DNA of 64,000 nt from an uncultured Candidatus Saccharibacteria bacterium (GCA_965240135.1 CBDEJQ010000029.1:1592-65591); one strand, 5' to 3'. Positions 38,297-47,171 are shown, numbered from the stretch's first letter. Translations and numbers: made by a program. The notes: generated by a model from the sequence alone, not told the origin.

Positions 38297-39223
38297 ATGA
38301 ATCAACATTTTCTACAATCATCAGCTTGGGAAAAATTTCAACAATCGCTCGGTCGAAAAGTCTTTCACAACATAGGTGAAGGATGGGAATATTTCGCAAT
38401 ATTAGAGCGCGGCACAGGCAATTCCCGCTTATATTGCCCCTTCGGTCCAACCGCTATTAACGAAGAAACATTACGATTAGCACTAAAAGACTTAGCAGAG
38501 CTCGGCAAAAAACTTGGCGTTACTTTCCTTAGAGTCGGACCAATTAAACCCACCTTTTCTAAGGTATTATCTGATGAGCATTGGAAGAAAGCCACTTACG
38601 TCCATTTACAGCCAGAACATACGCACGTTATCAACCTCCAACAACCAGAGGAAGAAATCATAGCAAGTATGGCGCAACCTGTAAGGAATTGTTATAGGAA
38701 TTATCACAAAAAAGGCGTAACGGTTCATCAATCTCAAAACCCAGACGATATTAAATATTTCCTAGAATTGATACACGAAGTTGCCAAACGAACTGGCATG
38801 TCGCCGCACCCAGATTCATATTTTCATAAGCAAGCTAGCTCCCTGCTACCATCAAAGGACGCTTCATTTTGGTACGCGACATACGACAATAAAGTAATTG
38901 CTACTGCCCTATTTTTCGACTCAAAAACAACTCGAATTTACGCACATGCAGCAGCAAATTCTACGCCAGAATATCGCAAACTTAACGCTGGAACCGCCCT
39001 GCTCACCGAAGCGATAATCGATGCAAAACATCGCCAAATGGAGAAAGTCGATTTATACGGAATTGCGCCTGAAAACGCACCAAAAAATCACCCGTGGGCT
39101 GGCTTTACGAAGTTTAAGCGATCGTTCGGCGGCGAAGACGTCTATTCTGGGTCAACCTGGGAACTTCCCTTAAAGCCACTTCAATATTGGCTATATCGAG
39201 CATATCAAACGATTAGAAAATAA
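38297..39223 (+). CDS. FemAB-family peptidoglycan interpeptide-bridge aminoacyltransferase
   Basis: 308 aa. The FLQSSAWEKFQQSLGRKVF N-terminus and the C-terminal acyl-CoA N-acyltransferase-like half (GLYGIAP...GFTKFKRSFGG) are typical of this family. Confidence 0.7.
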   Translation: MNQHFLQSSAWEKFQQSLGRKVFHNIGEGWEYFAILERGTGNSRLYCPFGPTAINEETLRLALKDLAELGKKLGVTFLRVGPIKPTFSKVLSDEHWKKATYVHLQPEHTHVINLQQPEEEIIASMAQPVRNCYRNYHKKGVTVHQSQNPDDIKYFLELIHEVAKRTGMSPHPDSYFHKQASSLLPSKDASFWYATYDNKVIATALFFDSKTTRIYAHAAANSTPEYRKLNAGTALLTEAIIDAKHRQMEKVDLYGIAPENAPKNHPWAGFTKFKRSFGGEDVYSGSTWELPLKPLQYWLYRAYQTIRK

Positions 39224-39385
39224 CCTTATTTCATCCATCACACCACATAAATTTGTGGTATAATTAAGATGTAATATAAACATGTGGAGAAATTAGAAGA
39301 TTACATGAATAAGGGCTTTTGCACGTGAAAAGCTACTTTGTTTTCTTTTGTCTTTTTTCACATGAAAAAAACCATGGAATAACTT

Positions 39386-41941
39386 ATGCAGCTAGCTAAA
39401 CAATACATACCAAACGATTACGAACCGAATATTTATGCCCTATGGGAAACCAGTGATGCATTAGATCCAACAGGGGTAGGCAAGCCATATTCAATCATTA
39501 TGCCGCCACCTAACGCCAACGGTAATCTTCATATTGGGCACGCACTCGATATGAACCTGAAGGATATCCTGATTCGCTATCACCGAATGAAGGGTGACGA
39601 CGCCGTATTTATTCCAGGCGCCGACCACGCTGGGTTTGAAACTTGGGTTGTGTATGAAAGAGAATTAACGAAGCAAGGGAAGAGTCGCTTCGATTTTTCA
39701 CGTGACCAATTGTATAGTCAAGTTTGGAATTTTGTACAAGAAAAACGTGGCAATATGGAGCTGCAATTGCGCGCGTTAGGTGTTAGTGCGTCATGGAAGC
39801 ATTTGACATTCACTCTGGACGACAAAGTTATCAACACTGTATATGATACGTTTAAGAAAATGTGGGACGACAATTTGGTCTACAGAGGTGAGCGAATTGT
39901 CAATTATTGCACCAAACACCAAACCAGCTTTGCTGACATCGAGGTAGAACATAAGAATGAAAAAGGGAAGTTGTGGAAAATAGCCTACCCGACATTAGAT
40001 AAAATTGGCGAGATTATCATAGCTACTACGCGTCCAGAAACTATGCTCGGCGACGTTGCCGTGGCGGTTCATCCAGACGATGAGCGATACAAAAAATTGA
40101 TTGGAACTCGCATTTTACTGCCAATTGTTGATAAGGAAATTCCTATCATCGCAGACGAATATGTCGACATGAGCTATGGCACCGGTGCGGTTAAGATTAC
40201 GCCAGCGCACGACCCGAACGACTTTGAAATTGCAAAACGCCACGATTTACCTATAGAGTCAATCATCAGTCCAGAAGGGAAGATGATAAACGTGCCAGCG
40301 CAGTTCTTAGGATTAACGCCAATAGAAGCTCGCGCTCGAGTTTTGGAAGCACTGGAAGCACTGGAGCTACGCCGCGGCGAAACCGAGATTGAACACGCAG
40401 TTGGACATTGCTATAAGTGTGGCAGCGTGATTGAGCCAATGATTAAAGAGCAGTGGTTTATTAAAACACAATCACTCGCGCAGCCAGCAATTGATGCGCT
40501 TAAAAAAGAAGAAATTACTTTTTATCCAGCATCCAAGCGCAAAGAACTCATCGCATATCTTGAGCAATTGAAGGACTGGAATATTTCACGACAGATTCCA
40601 TGGGGAATACCAATTCCTGCGTTTGTAAATGAAAACGACCCTAAGGATTGGATATTTGATACTCGCACCAACGAGCAGAGTATTGTTGTAAATGGCACAA
40701 CATATATCAGGGAAGAGGATACCTTTGATACTTGGTTCTCATCTGGTCAATGGCCATACATCGTAACAGATTACTTAACCGGCGGCGATTTAGCTAATTA
40801 TTTCCCAACTGACATGATGGAAACCGGTATGGATATTATGCGCGCATGGGTTTCTCGAATGATCATGCTTAGTCTATACCGAACAGGGAAGTTGCCGTTC
40901 AAAGAAGTTTATCTACATGGAATGGTTAATGATGAACACAATCAAAAAATGTCCAAATCTAAGGGTAACGTTATCAATCCAATGGAATTGGTTGCGGAAT
41001 TCGGATCTGACGCAACGCGTATGGGAGTTATCGCTGGACGGGCGCCGGCTCAAAGCCAAGCCTTCAACAAGGGATCAGTTATTGCGGCACGCAACTTCTG
41101 CAATAAGCTATGGAATATTGCCAGGTTTGTCGAGGCGCAAATTGGTGATAATCACCAAATTGTCGACTTAGAGCCACAAACTCCGGCCGACCATTGGATC
41201 ATTCGCCAACTGAACGACGCTGCCAACAACATTGCCGTTAGAATAGAACAATATCGCTTCTCAGAGGCATCAGAAACTGTTTACCACACTATTTGGGACG
41301 ACGTGGCTGACTGGTACATTGAATCATCTAAAACTGCAATCAATCGTCCGTTGTTATCTTGGGTTTTGGCAACTTCTTTGAAAATCGCTCATCCGTTTGC
41401 GCCGTTCGTTACAGAAACAATTTGGCAAACGCTTAATTACACCGACGGCATTTTGATGCGTGAAGCTTGGCCAACCCCAGAGAAGTTTGATCCGATTGCC
41501 GCTGAACAATTCGAGCAACTTAAACTTCTGGTCGCTGAAGGTCGCTGGGTGATTGCCGAGCTGCCAGGGAATAAGAAATATCGATTACTATACGGCAACG
41601 ATAGTCTTATCGCCGACAATCAAGACACGATTAAGCATCTCATGCGGCTTGAGGTAATTGAACATACAGATCAACCGCGTGGACTGAGATTAGCAGCAGC
41701 AAACAGGGAAGCATGGCTAGATATTGATAGTGAAACTTTATACCAACATCAGGAAAATCTGGAAATGCGCCTAGCCGAAGCACGTCAGAAATTGGCGGGA
41801 TTAAAGAAGCGCCTGGAAAATCCGACTTACATTGAGAAGGCGCCAGCCCACCTTGTCGAGGAAACTCGTGAGCAATTAGCCGAGCAAGAAAAAATCATTA
41901 CTCGGCTTGTTTCGGAACTGGAAGTGATTAGCTTGAAATAG
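39386..41941 (+). CDS. valS: valine--tRNA ligase
   Basis: 851 aa. HIGH motif PPPNANGNLHIGHAL, KMSKS motif KMSKSKGN, and a C-terminal coiled coil. Confidence 0.96.
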   Translation: MQLAKQYIPNDYEPNIYALWETSDALDPTGVGKPYSIIMPPPNANGNLHIGHALDMNLKDILIRYHRMKGDDAVFIPGADHAGFETWVVYERELTKQGKSRFDFSRDQLYSQVWNFVQEKRGNMELQLRALGVSASWKHLTFTLDDKVINTVYDTFKKMWDDNLVYRGERIVNYCTKHQTSFADIEVEHKNEKGKLWKIAYPTLDKIGEIIIATTRPETMLGDVAVAVHPDDERYKKLIGTRILLPIVDKEIPIIADEYVDMSYGTGAVKITPAHDPNDFEIAKRHDLPIESIISPEGKMINVPAQFLGLTPIEARARVLEALEALELRRGETEIEHAVGHCYKCGSVIEPMIKEQWFIKTQSLAQPAIDALKKEEITFYPASKRKELIAYLEQLKDWNISRQIPWGIPIPAFVNENDPKDWIFDTRTNEQSIVVNGTTYIREEDTFDTWFSSGQWPYIVTDYLTGGDLANYFPTDMMETGMDIMRAWVSRMIMLSLYRTGKLPFKEVYLHGMVNDEHNQKMSKSKGNVINPMELVAEFGSDATRMGVIAGRAPAQSQAFNKGSVIAARNFCNKLWNIARFVEAQIGDNHQIVDLEPQTPADHWIIRQLNDAANNIAVRIEQYRFSEASETVYHTIWDDVADWYIESSKTAINRPLLSWVLATSLKIAHPFAPFVTETIWQTLNYTDGILMREAWPTPEKFDPIAAEQFEQLKLLVAEGRWVIAELPGNKKYRLLYGNDSLIADNQDTIKHLMRLEVIEHTDQPRGLRLAAANREAWLDIDSETLYQHQENLEMRLAEARQKLAGLKKRLENPTYIEKAPAHLVEETREQLAEQEKIITRLVSELEVISLK

Positions 41942-41942
41942 C

Positions 41943-42284
41943 CTAACTCATACCTTCAAAATCAAGGTGATATCCGTCAAAAGTATGTTGACCACGAGCG
42001 GCATATTTTTGACGCAATCGCTTCTTATCGTTGTTGCGAGGCGTAGTTCGCGGTCGCGCTGAACCTTCTTTCAACACATTTGACAATTGAGCATGTTCTG
42101 GATGAGTATGGGGCTTTGTTTCTGGCATTTTTATTTCATCCTCAACGTTACTTTGAACGCTATATGTTTTCCAAGATGATAAAAATGCTTTATCAACGTT
42201 GGTATCGTGCAGCAGCACGCCAAACGCTACATTCAAACTGACAAGCATAGTTGTAACGGTGAAAAACTGTTGTACTAAATTCAT
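41943..42284 (-). CDS. hypothetical protein with N-terminal hydrophobic segment
   Basis: 113 aa ORF, convergent with valS. No recognisable domain and a weak SD. Confidence 0.4.
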   Translation of the reverse strand: MNLVQQFFTVTTMLVSLNVAFGVLLHDTNVDKAFLSSWKTYSVQSNVEDEIKMPETKPHTHPEHAQLSNVLKEGSARPRTTPRNNDKKRLRQKYAARGQHTFDGYHLDFEGMS

Positions 42285-42404
42285 TTTTGTTCTTTCTTTT
42301 TGTATCTATTTTTAGAATACTGATTACAATGTTAGCATAAGCTTTGTTTTTTGTCAAGTATATTTCCCAGCATAGAAATAGTCATCCTGAATTTTACAGA
42401 GAAA

Positions 42405-43508
42405 ATGTTTAGTATAATGGAGTTTATGGGATACCTAATTTCCATTAAGGTCGCGCTGATACTTTTTCCAATTTTGGCTTTTCTTATCACGTTGCCATAT
42501 ATGATTGCGAACTATCGAAAATACGGCTCCGTCAATAAGTTGCGGACTTTGATTTTCTATTCCTTTATTCTGTATTTATTAACCGTATATTTCTTAGTTA
42601 TTTTACCGTTACCAAATCCAGAATCCGTTCACACAACTTACGCAGAAAATCTGAATTTAATTCCGTTTTCATTCGTCGCAGATTTTATAAAGAACAATCC
42701 ACTTGTATTAACAGATAGTTCAACTTGGATTACGGCGATAAAACATCCCACTTTTTATGTTCCTGCTTTCAACGTTTTAATGCTCATTCCGTTCGGAATT
42801 TACCTGCGCTACTATTTCAAATGTAGCCTTAAAAAGACATTGTTATTGACAACTATTTTAAGTTTATTCTTTGAACTAACTCAATTATCTGGACTTTATT
42901 TCATCTATTCAGGACCTTACCGATTAGCCGACGTCGATGATATCATCCAGAACACGATAGGTGGATGTGTCGGTTACTTTCTGGGCTGGTTTGCGACATG
43001 GCTACTTCCGTCCAGGGAAGAAATAGATGAAAAATCCCTTGAGGCTGGCTCACGAGTTTCTGCAGTCCGCGTTAGTTTATCTCTAATAATCGACGCTGTT
43101 ATCATCCGTATTCCTTACACCTTATCAAAAACCCAACTTCCGTTTTCGCTATTTTTAGCCCTCTATTTTAGCCTAATTCCTCTACTGAATGGTAAAACTT
43201 TTGGTAGCGCATTATTAAAGTTTGGACTAACATTTGAAAATAAAAAATGGATTCGCACAATTTTCAGAGGAACCTTACTCACGATATATTTTCGCATCAT
43301 TCCCGCAGGCTTTTTTTACCTAGCGAATGAATTTAATAAGGAAGCAGATTCGCTACTGTTTCTCTGCCTATTCGCAATTGCGTTATTAGTATTCATATTA
43401 TTCGTATTAATTACAATTGCCGTAGCGTTATTTAACCGACGTTTTATGTTCGATCGTCTATCTGGCACAAGTTATAAAAGTACAATTCAAGCCAAACAAG
43501 AGAAATAA
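42405..43508 (+). CDS. VanZ-family / RDD-domain fusion membrane protein
   Basis: The VanZ part reads NLIPFSF...NVLMLIPFGIYL...DVDDIIQNTIGGCVGY. The RDD-like part reads RVSLSLIIDAVII...LNGKTFGSALLKFGL...FMFDRLSGTSY. Alternative starts are 42417 or 42426; the latter is 7 nt after TATAAT. Confidence 0.7.
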   Translation: MFSIMEFMGYLISIKVALILFPILAFLITLPYMIANYRKYGSVNKLRTLIFYSFILYLLTVYFLVILPLPNPESVHTTYAENLNLIPFSFVADFIKNNPLVLTDSSTWITAIKHPTFYVPAFNVLMLIPFGIYLRYYFKCSLKKTLLLTTILSLFFELTQLSGLYFIYSGPYRLADVDDIIQNTIGGCVGYFLGWFATWLLPSREEIDEKSLEAGSRVSAVRVSLSLIIDAVIIRIPYTLSKTQLPFSLFLALYFSLIPLLNGKTFGSALLKFGLTFENKKWIRTIFRGTLLTIYFRIIPAGFFYLANEFNKEADSLLFLCLFAIALLVFILFVLITIAVALFNRRFMFDRLSGTSYKSTIQAKQEK

Positions 43509-43562
43509 AAAAATAGGAAACTCGCACGAATCTCCTATTTTTCAAATTCAATAGCACTATTT

Positions 43563-43652
43563 TGGCGGAAGGGGAGGGATTCGAACCCTCGGTACGTTTT
43601 ACCGCACGCCGGTTTTCAAGACCGGTACCTTCAACCACTCGGTCACCCTTCC
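43563..43652 (-). tRNA. tRNA-Ser (anticodon UGA)
   Basis: Reverse complement GGAAGGGTGACCGAGTGGTTGAAGGTACCGGTCTTGAAAACCGG...GAGGGTTCGAATCCCTCCCCTTCCGCCA. The anticodon loop is CTTGAAA and the variable arm is long. Confidence 0.9.
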
Positions 43653-43669
43653 GTACTATCTCTGAATTT

Positions 43670-43762
43670 TGGCGGAGGAGGGGGGATTCGAACCCCCGCT
43701 ACAGATCTCTCCATACTAACGATTTAGCAAACCGTCCCCTTCAGCCACTTGGGTACTCCTCC
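43670..43762 (-). tRNA. tRNA-Ser (anticodon GCU)
   Basis: Reverse complement GGAGGAGTACCCAAGTGGCTGAAGGGGACGGTTTGCTAAATCGT...GCGGGGGTTCGAATCCCCCCTCCTCCGCCA. The anticodon loop is TTGCTAA and the variable arm is long. Confidence 0.88.
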
Positions 43763-43834
43763 AAATTCACTATTTAGTGTACCATAGAAGTGTAATTATT
43801 AATAGCTTTATCGTAAATAGGGTATAATAGAATT

Positions 43835-44242
43835 ATGGTAAAAGGATATATTTCTAAAATTATAACAGGATTACTTACAATCGGATTCGGCGTAGCTTTA
43901 GTAACGGCTCCAGTTTCTGCATTAGGTGAGGGCGGTGCGCCAGCCGGAATTAACGCGGCACGCGGCGACAATACGCCGTCCAACTTGGCTAATGGCGATT
44001 CATCAATCGTAAGGCGAGCCATCAACATTATGCTATTCGGCGTCGGCGTCTTAAGCGTCGTTATGCTGATCTTCGGCGGTTTCCGCTACGTAATATCTGG
44101 CGGTAAAAAAGAATCTGTCACAAACGCCAAAAACACAATTTTATATGCAATCATCGGTCTATTAGTCGCAGTCTTTGCCTACGCCATAATCAACTTCATC
44201 CTTGGCGCAGCTTTAAGCGGCGGATCAACCACTAACGTTTAA
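43835..44242 (+). CDS. VirB2/TrbC-like (T4SS pilin-like) small membrane protein, paralog 1 (outlier copy)
   Basis: 135 aa. It has a signal peptide (…APVSALGEG) and then the family core INIMLFGVGVLSVVMLIFGGFRYVISGGKKESVTNAKNTILYAIIGLLVAVFAYAIINFILG. This is two TM helices flanking an S-G-G/D..K..AK loop. TATAAT lies 6 nt before the ATG. Confidence 0.65.
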   Translation: MVKGYISKIITGLLTIGFGVALVTAPVSALGEGGAPAGINAARGDNTPSNLANGDSSIVRRAINIMLFGVGVLSVVMLIFGGFRYVISGGKKESVTNAKNTILYAIIGLLVAVFAYAIINFILGAALSGGSTTNV

Positions 44243-44262
44243 TTGTTCACTAATTCTCATCG

Positions 44263-44271
44263 TGATATACT
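44263..44271 (+). promoter_or_regulatory. extended -10 TGATATACT, 6 nt before ATG 44278
   Basis: Read directly from the sequence. The gap is AACGTC and there is no SD. Confidence 0.45.
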
Positions 44272-44277
44272 AACGTC

Positions 44278-44796
44278 ATGAACGATAGTCCAGAAAACCA
44301 AGGCTTTGAAACGCTAGCACCCGACAGGATTGATTTAACCGAGCCAATAGCCTGGAACGCACCAGAAGGCGTGCAGGTTCAACGCGGTAAATTGTGGTAC
44401 GTGTTTTTTGTCATTGTGTTGATAGGATTAATGGCTTTGGCTATTTTGGTGTTCAAGAACTGGACTTTCGCAGTTTTGTTGCCAATTATGGCTGTAGCCT
44501 TGTTTGTATTATCAAACAAAACCCCACAAGTAATAAACTACGCGATTAGCCCCAAAGGCATTTACATCGCCGATATTTTACACGATTTTAGCGAATTTCG
44601 CGCGTTTGGATTAATTCACGAAAACAACCAACATTCGATTCTATTATTGCCAGTAAAACGATTTTCGCCAGGTTTAACTATTTACTTTTCCGAGACAGAA
44701 GGCGAAAGAATCGTCGACATGCTCGGAGCGCGCCTACCAATGCAAGAAATTAAACCAGACGCCTTAGAGAAATTTATTCGGCTGATAAAGCTATAG
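44278..44796 (+). CDS. hypothetical two-TM membrane protein
   Basis: 172 aa. A hairpin of TMs (LWYVFFVIVLIGLMALAILVF, FAVLLPIMAVALFVL) is followed by a ~90-aa soluble domain. Confidence 0.6.
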   Translation: MNDSPENQGFETLAPDRIDLTEPIAWNAPEGVQVQRGKLWYVFFVIVLIGLMALAILVFKNWTFAVLLPIMAVALFVLSNKTPQVINYAISPKGIYIADILHDFSEFRAFGLIHENNQHSILLLPVKRFSPGLTIYFSETEGERIVDMLGARLPMQEIKPDALEKFIRLIKL

Positions 44797-44903
44797 CTTG
44801 ATTGACTATATTTTATGTGGTAGAATACAAAAGTTCAGTGCTTTATAGCAATGAAAGTACTTTACATTTTTATTATGGCCAATCGATTTTCGAAAGGCTG
44901 TAT

Positions 44904-44980
44904 GCACCCGTAGCTCAGCTGGATAGAGCGCTGGCTTGCGGAGCCAGAGGTCGTAAGTTCGAATCTTGCCGGGTGTACCA
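44904..44980 (+). tRNA. tRNA-Arg (anticodon GCG)
   Basis: GCACCCGTAGCTCAGCTGGATAGAGCGCTGGCTTGCGGAGCCAGAGGTCGTAAGTTCGAATCTTGCCGGGTGTACCA. The anticodon stem is CTGGC/GCCAG and the loop is TTGCGGA. Confidence 0.88.
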
Positions 44981-44998
44981 ATTAACCTAAGGAGGGGT

Positions 44999-45232
44999 AT
45001 GAATTTTATTAAGTACGTAAAATATGCACTTTTAACAATTGCCACGATTCTCGTAACCGCCATTTCAGTCTTGTTAGCAGCAGTAATTATTGAAATGATA
45101 ACTTGGAATGAAGCTGGTAAATGGATTATTTCATTCTTTGAACTGGCAGGCATTAGTTTACTATTGAGTGTTATCTGGATCGCTATCGGCACCACAATTG
45201 CCAAAGATTCAAAGAAAACTGATAAAAAATAA
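44999..45232 (+). CDS. small hypothetical membrane protein (77 aa) between two tRNA genes
   Basis: A strong AAGGAGGGG SD lies 3 nt before ATG 44999. Two predicted TMs. The ORF-track N-terminus (44966) reads out of the tRNA and is trimmed. Confidence 0.6.
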   Translation: MNFIKYVKYALLTIATILVTAISVLLAAVIIEMITWNEAGKWIISFFELAGISLLLSVIWIAIGTTIAKDSKKTDKK

Positions 45233-45253
45233 TTTCCCAAATTAGTTAGATAC

Positions 45254-45341
45254 GGAGAGGTGCAGGAGTGGTTGAACTGGCCGCTCTCGAAAAGCGGTAT
45301 GGGGCAACTCATCGAGGGTTCGAATCCCTCTCTCTCCGCCA
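45254..45341 (+). tRNA. tRNA-Ser (anticodon CGA)
   Basis: GGAGAGGTGCAGGAGTGGTTGAACTGGCCGCTCTCGAAAAGCGG...GAGGGTTCGAATCCCTCTCTCTCCGCCA. The anticodon loop is CTCGAAA and the variable arm is long. Confidence 0.9.
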
Positions 45342-45349
45342 TAGATATT

Positions 45350-45802
45350 ATGAAAATCACCATTATAACAATCGGAAAAAAGAATGAAGCCTGGGTTCAA
45401 CCAGGCGTTTCTCGTTTTTTAGAGCGTCTACGAGCACCTTTTGCTGCGGAAATGATTATTCTACCGCATTCAAGCTTTGAAGGCGACAGAGCGCGCCAGG
45501 AAGAGTCTGAGCGTATTTTTTCACGCCTTAATTCAGATGACTTCGTTATTTTGCTTGATGAGCGCGGTAAAAACTTATCATCACCGGAATTATCCGACCT
45601 AATAACCGAACATATCGACAAACACATTGTCTTCATCATCGGTGGCGCTTACGGAGTTACTAGCGACTTGCGCCAAAAATCTAACGTCGTCTGGTCGTTA
45701 TCAAACTTAGTGTTTCCGCACCAATTAGTTCGTCTTATTTTAGCTGAGCAATTATACCGCGCCCAAGAAATCTATCGCGGCAGTCATTATCATCACTCAT
45801 AG
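45350..45802 (+). CDS. rlmH: 23S rRNA (pseudouridine1915-N3)-methyltransferase
   Basis: 150 aa from MKITIITIGKK. SPOUT-type C-terminus: IVFIIGGAYGV...LSNLVFPHQLVRLILAEQLYRA. The ORF-track N-terminus overlaps the tRNA and is trimmed. Confidence 0.88.
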   Translation: MKITIITIGKKNEAWVQPGVSRFLERLRAPFAAEMIILPHSSFEGDRARQEESERIFSRLNSDDFVILLDERGKNLSSPELSDLITEHIDKHIVFIIGGAYGVTSDLRQKSNVVWSLSNLVFPHQLVRLILAEQLYRAQEIYRGSHYHHS

Positions 45803-46471
45803 CTTCGGGCGCCCGTGCCTGGCAATAACCGCAATTTCCACGTGTTTGACGCCATTTTTCTTCAAACATTCCGCCGCCGCCAACACAGTTGAGCCAGTCG
45901 TAAAGATATCGTCAATAATGATATATCGCTTATTTTTATCAACTTTACCCGCAATTTCAAAAAACTCCTTTGCTTGACGTTTTCTCTGGGCGGAAGACTT
46001 TGTAAAGTGCTGAGTTACGTTATTTCTGCGCCGGAGCAGGGAACGGCACTCTATTTTTCTACGTCGAGATAATTTAATAGCAATTTTTCGGATATGATCA
46101 AATCCACGACGCCGAATATTCTTAGAAATTGTAGGAATTGGTACGATTACTGTATCTGGCGGCAATTCAGGCAGGGCTTCGTCTAAGAACTCGCTTAGTA
46201 AATCAGCCGCTGCCTGAACGCGGTTAAACTTATAATCATCAATAATCTTTGCAACAACACCCGTACGTCGTGAAAAACACCAGATCATATCACAGGGGAG
46301 CTTATGCTTTTTACATAAATTGCCATTCTCCAATAAATCACCACATAATACACACATATCATACTTCCGACTGATGATGTATTTTTTACAATCTAAGCAT
46401 AAAATATCACCCGTTTTACCACACTTATAACAGTGGTGAGGAGCGATGATCGATAATAGCGTGTCAAACAT
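45797..46471 (-). CDS. comF: ComF family protein (ComFC-like phosphoribosyltransferase fold)
   Basis: N-terminal Cys4 clusters (CYKCGK...CLDC, CVLCGD...C) and a PRT motif YIIIDDIFTTGST. Confidence 0.8.
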   Translation of the reverse strand: MFDTLLSIIAPHHCYKCGKTGDILCLDCKKYIISRKYDMCVLCGDLLENGNLCKKHKLPCDMIWCFSRRTGVVAKIIDDYKFNRVQAAADLLSEFLDEALPELPPDTVIVPIPTISKNIRRRGFDHIRKIAIKLSRRRKIECRSLLRRRNNVTQHFTKSSAQRKRQAKEFFEIAGKVDKNKRYIIIDDIFTTGSTVLAAAECLKKNGVKHVEIAVIARHGRPKL

Positions 46472-46575
46472 TGTAATTTTTACGTTTTAAGCCTTTCTCT
46501 GTTGATTATAACGCACATTACAGTTATACTAATAAAGACTTTGTCAATGAGCCTATTATAAAAGTGGAGGAAATT

Positions 46576-47070
46576 ATGGCCCGAAAGCAAGATGATACAT
46601 TACTAACAGAACAGGAATTGGCAGCGGCGTTTATTGATGATGATAACGACGATCTGCTACCTGGTTTTAACGACGACAATAGTAGAAACAACAGCACACC
46701 AGCAACACGATCCGATGACAACTGGGAAGACGAGGCTGATGATGCAATGGGTCAATTGGCTGTTGACGTTTTTGAGACAGAAAACAACCTAGTTATCAAA
46801 GCTCGTACTGCTGGCGTAGATCGAAACGACCTAGACGTAAGCATTTCTGACGGCATCTTAACAATTAGCGGCACACTGTCTAGTGGTGACGAAGCAGATG
46901 TTCGCCAATGGCACATTCAGGAATGTTACTGGGGCGAATTCAGCCGTACATTAGCATTGCCAACCGCTGTGAATGAAGAAGGCGTTAAGGCAGAATTAAA
47001 AGATGGCGTTTTGACAATTACTTTCGAAAAGATAAAGCAAGAAAGAGCAAAGAAGATTCAAGTTCTGTAA
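46576..47070 (+). CDS. Hsp20/alpha-crystallin family small heat-shock protein
   Basis: Alpha-crystallin domain: AVDVFETENNLVIKARTAGVDRNDLDVSISDGILTISG...FSRTLALP...AELKDGVLTITFEK. GGAGG SD lies before ATG 46576. Confidence 0.88.
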   Translation: MARKQDDTLLTEQELAAAFIDDDNDDLLPGFNDDNSRNNSTPATRSDDNWEDEADDAMGQLAVDVFETENNLVIKARTAGVDRNDLDVSISDGILTISGTLSSGDEADVRQWHIQECYWGEFSRTLALPTAVNEEGVKAELKDGVLTITFEKIKQERAKKIQVL

Positions 47071-47123
47071 AAAACCATTTTACAGAAAATACCGTCACAA
47101 GTTGGCGGTATTTTTTTAACCAT

Positions 47124-47158
47124 AAAAAAAAGAGCCTCGCTGATGAGGCTCTTTTTTA
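47124..47158. terminator. bidirectional intrinsic terminator between hsp20 (+) and the pilin-like operon (-)
   Basis: A-run, then 8-bp stem AGAGCCTC / GAGGCTCT with loop GCTGAT, then a T-run. Confidence 0.8.
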
Positions 47159-47171
47159 TTAATAGGAAAGA

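Noticed and set aside
39224-39385. A possible T-box or other riboswitch leader upstream of valS. Features noted were TGGTATAAT at 39256-39264, an imperfect 11-bp hairpin (10 of 11 positions paired) at about 39324-39366, and a mini-ORF MKKTME.
   Set aside because: The region is only ~160 nt. I could find no T-box consensus (AATTAGGGTGGTACCGCG-like) or specifier-loop architecture. There is no terminator T-run after the hairpin and no Val codons in the mini-ORF. It may still be a structured 5' UTR.
43444-45363. ORF-track entries that read through tRNA genes: 43444-43638, 43562-43777, 43774-44028, 44802-44990 and 44806-45363. Also the 5' parts of 44966-45232 and 45260-45802.
   Set aside because: The sequences fold as canonical tRNAs (Ser, Ser, Arg, Ser) with encoded CCA. 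The peptide strings such as EGFEPS come from T-arm sequence. The real protein starts lie downstream of the tRNAs.
46472-46575. A heat-shock operator (CIRCE or HAIR) upstream of hsp20.
   Set aside because: No inverted repeat resembling TTAGCACTC-N9-GAGTGCTAA or CTTGAGT-N7-ACTCAAG is present. Only a plausible TTGTCA/TATAAA promoter and a GGAGG SD are seen.
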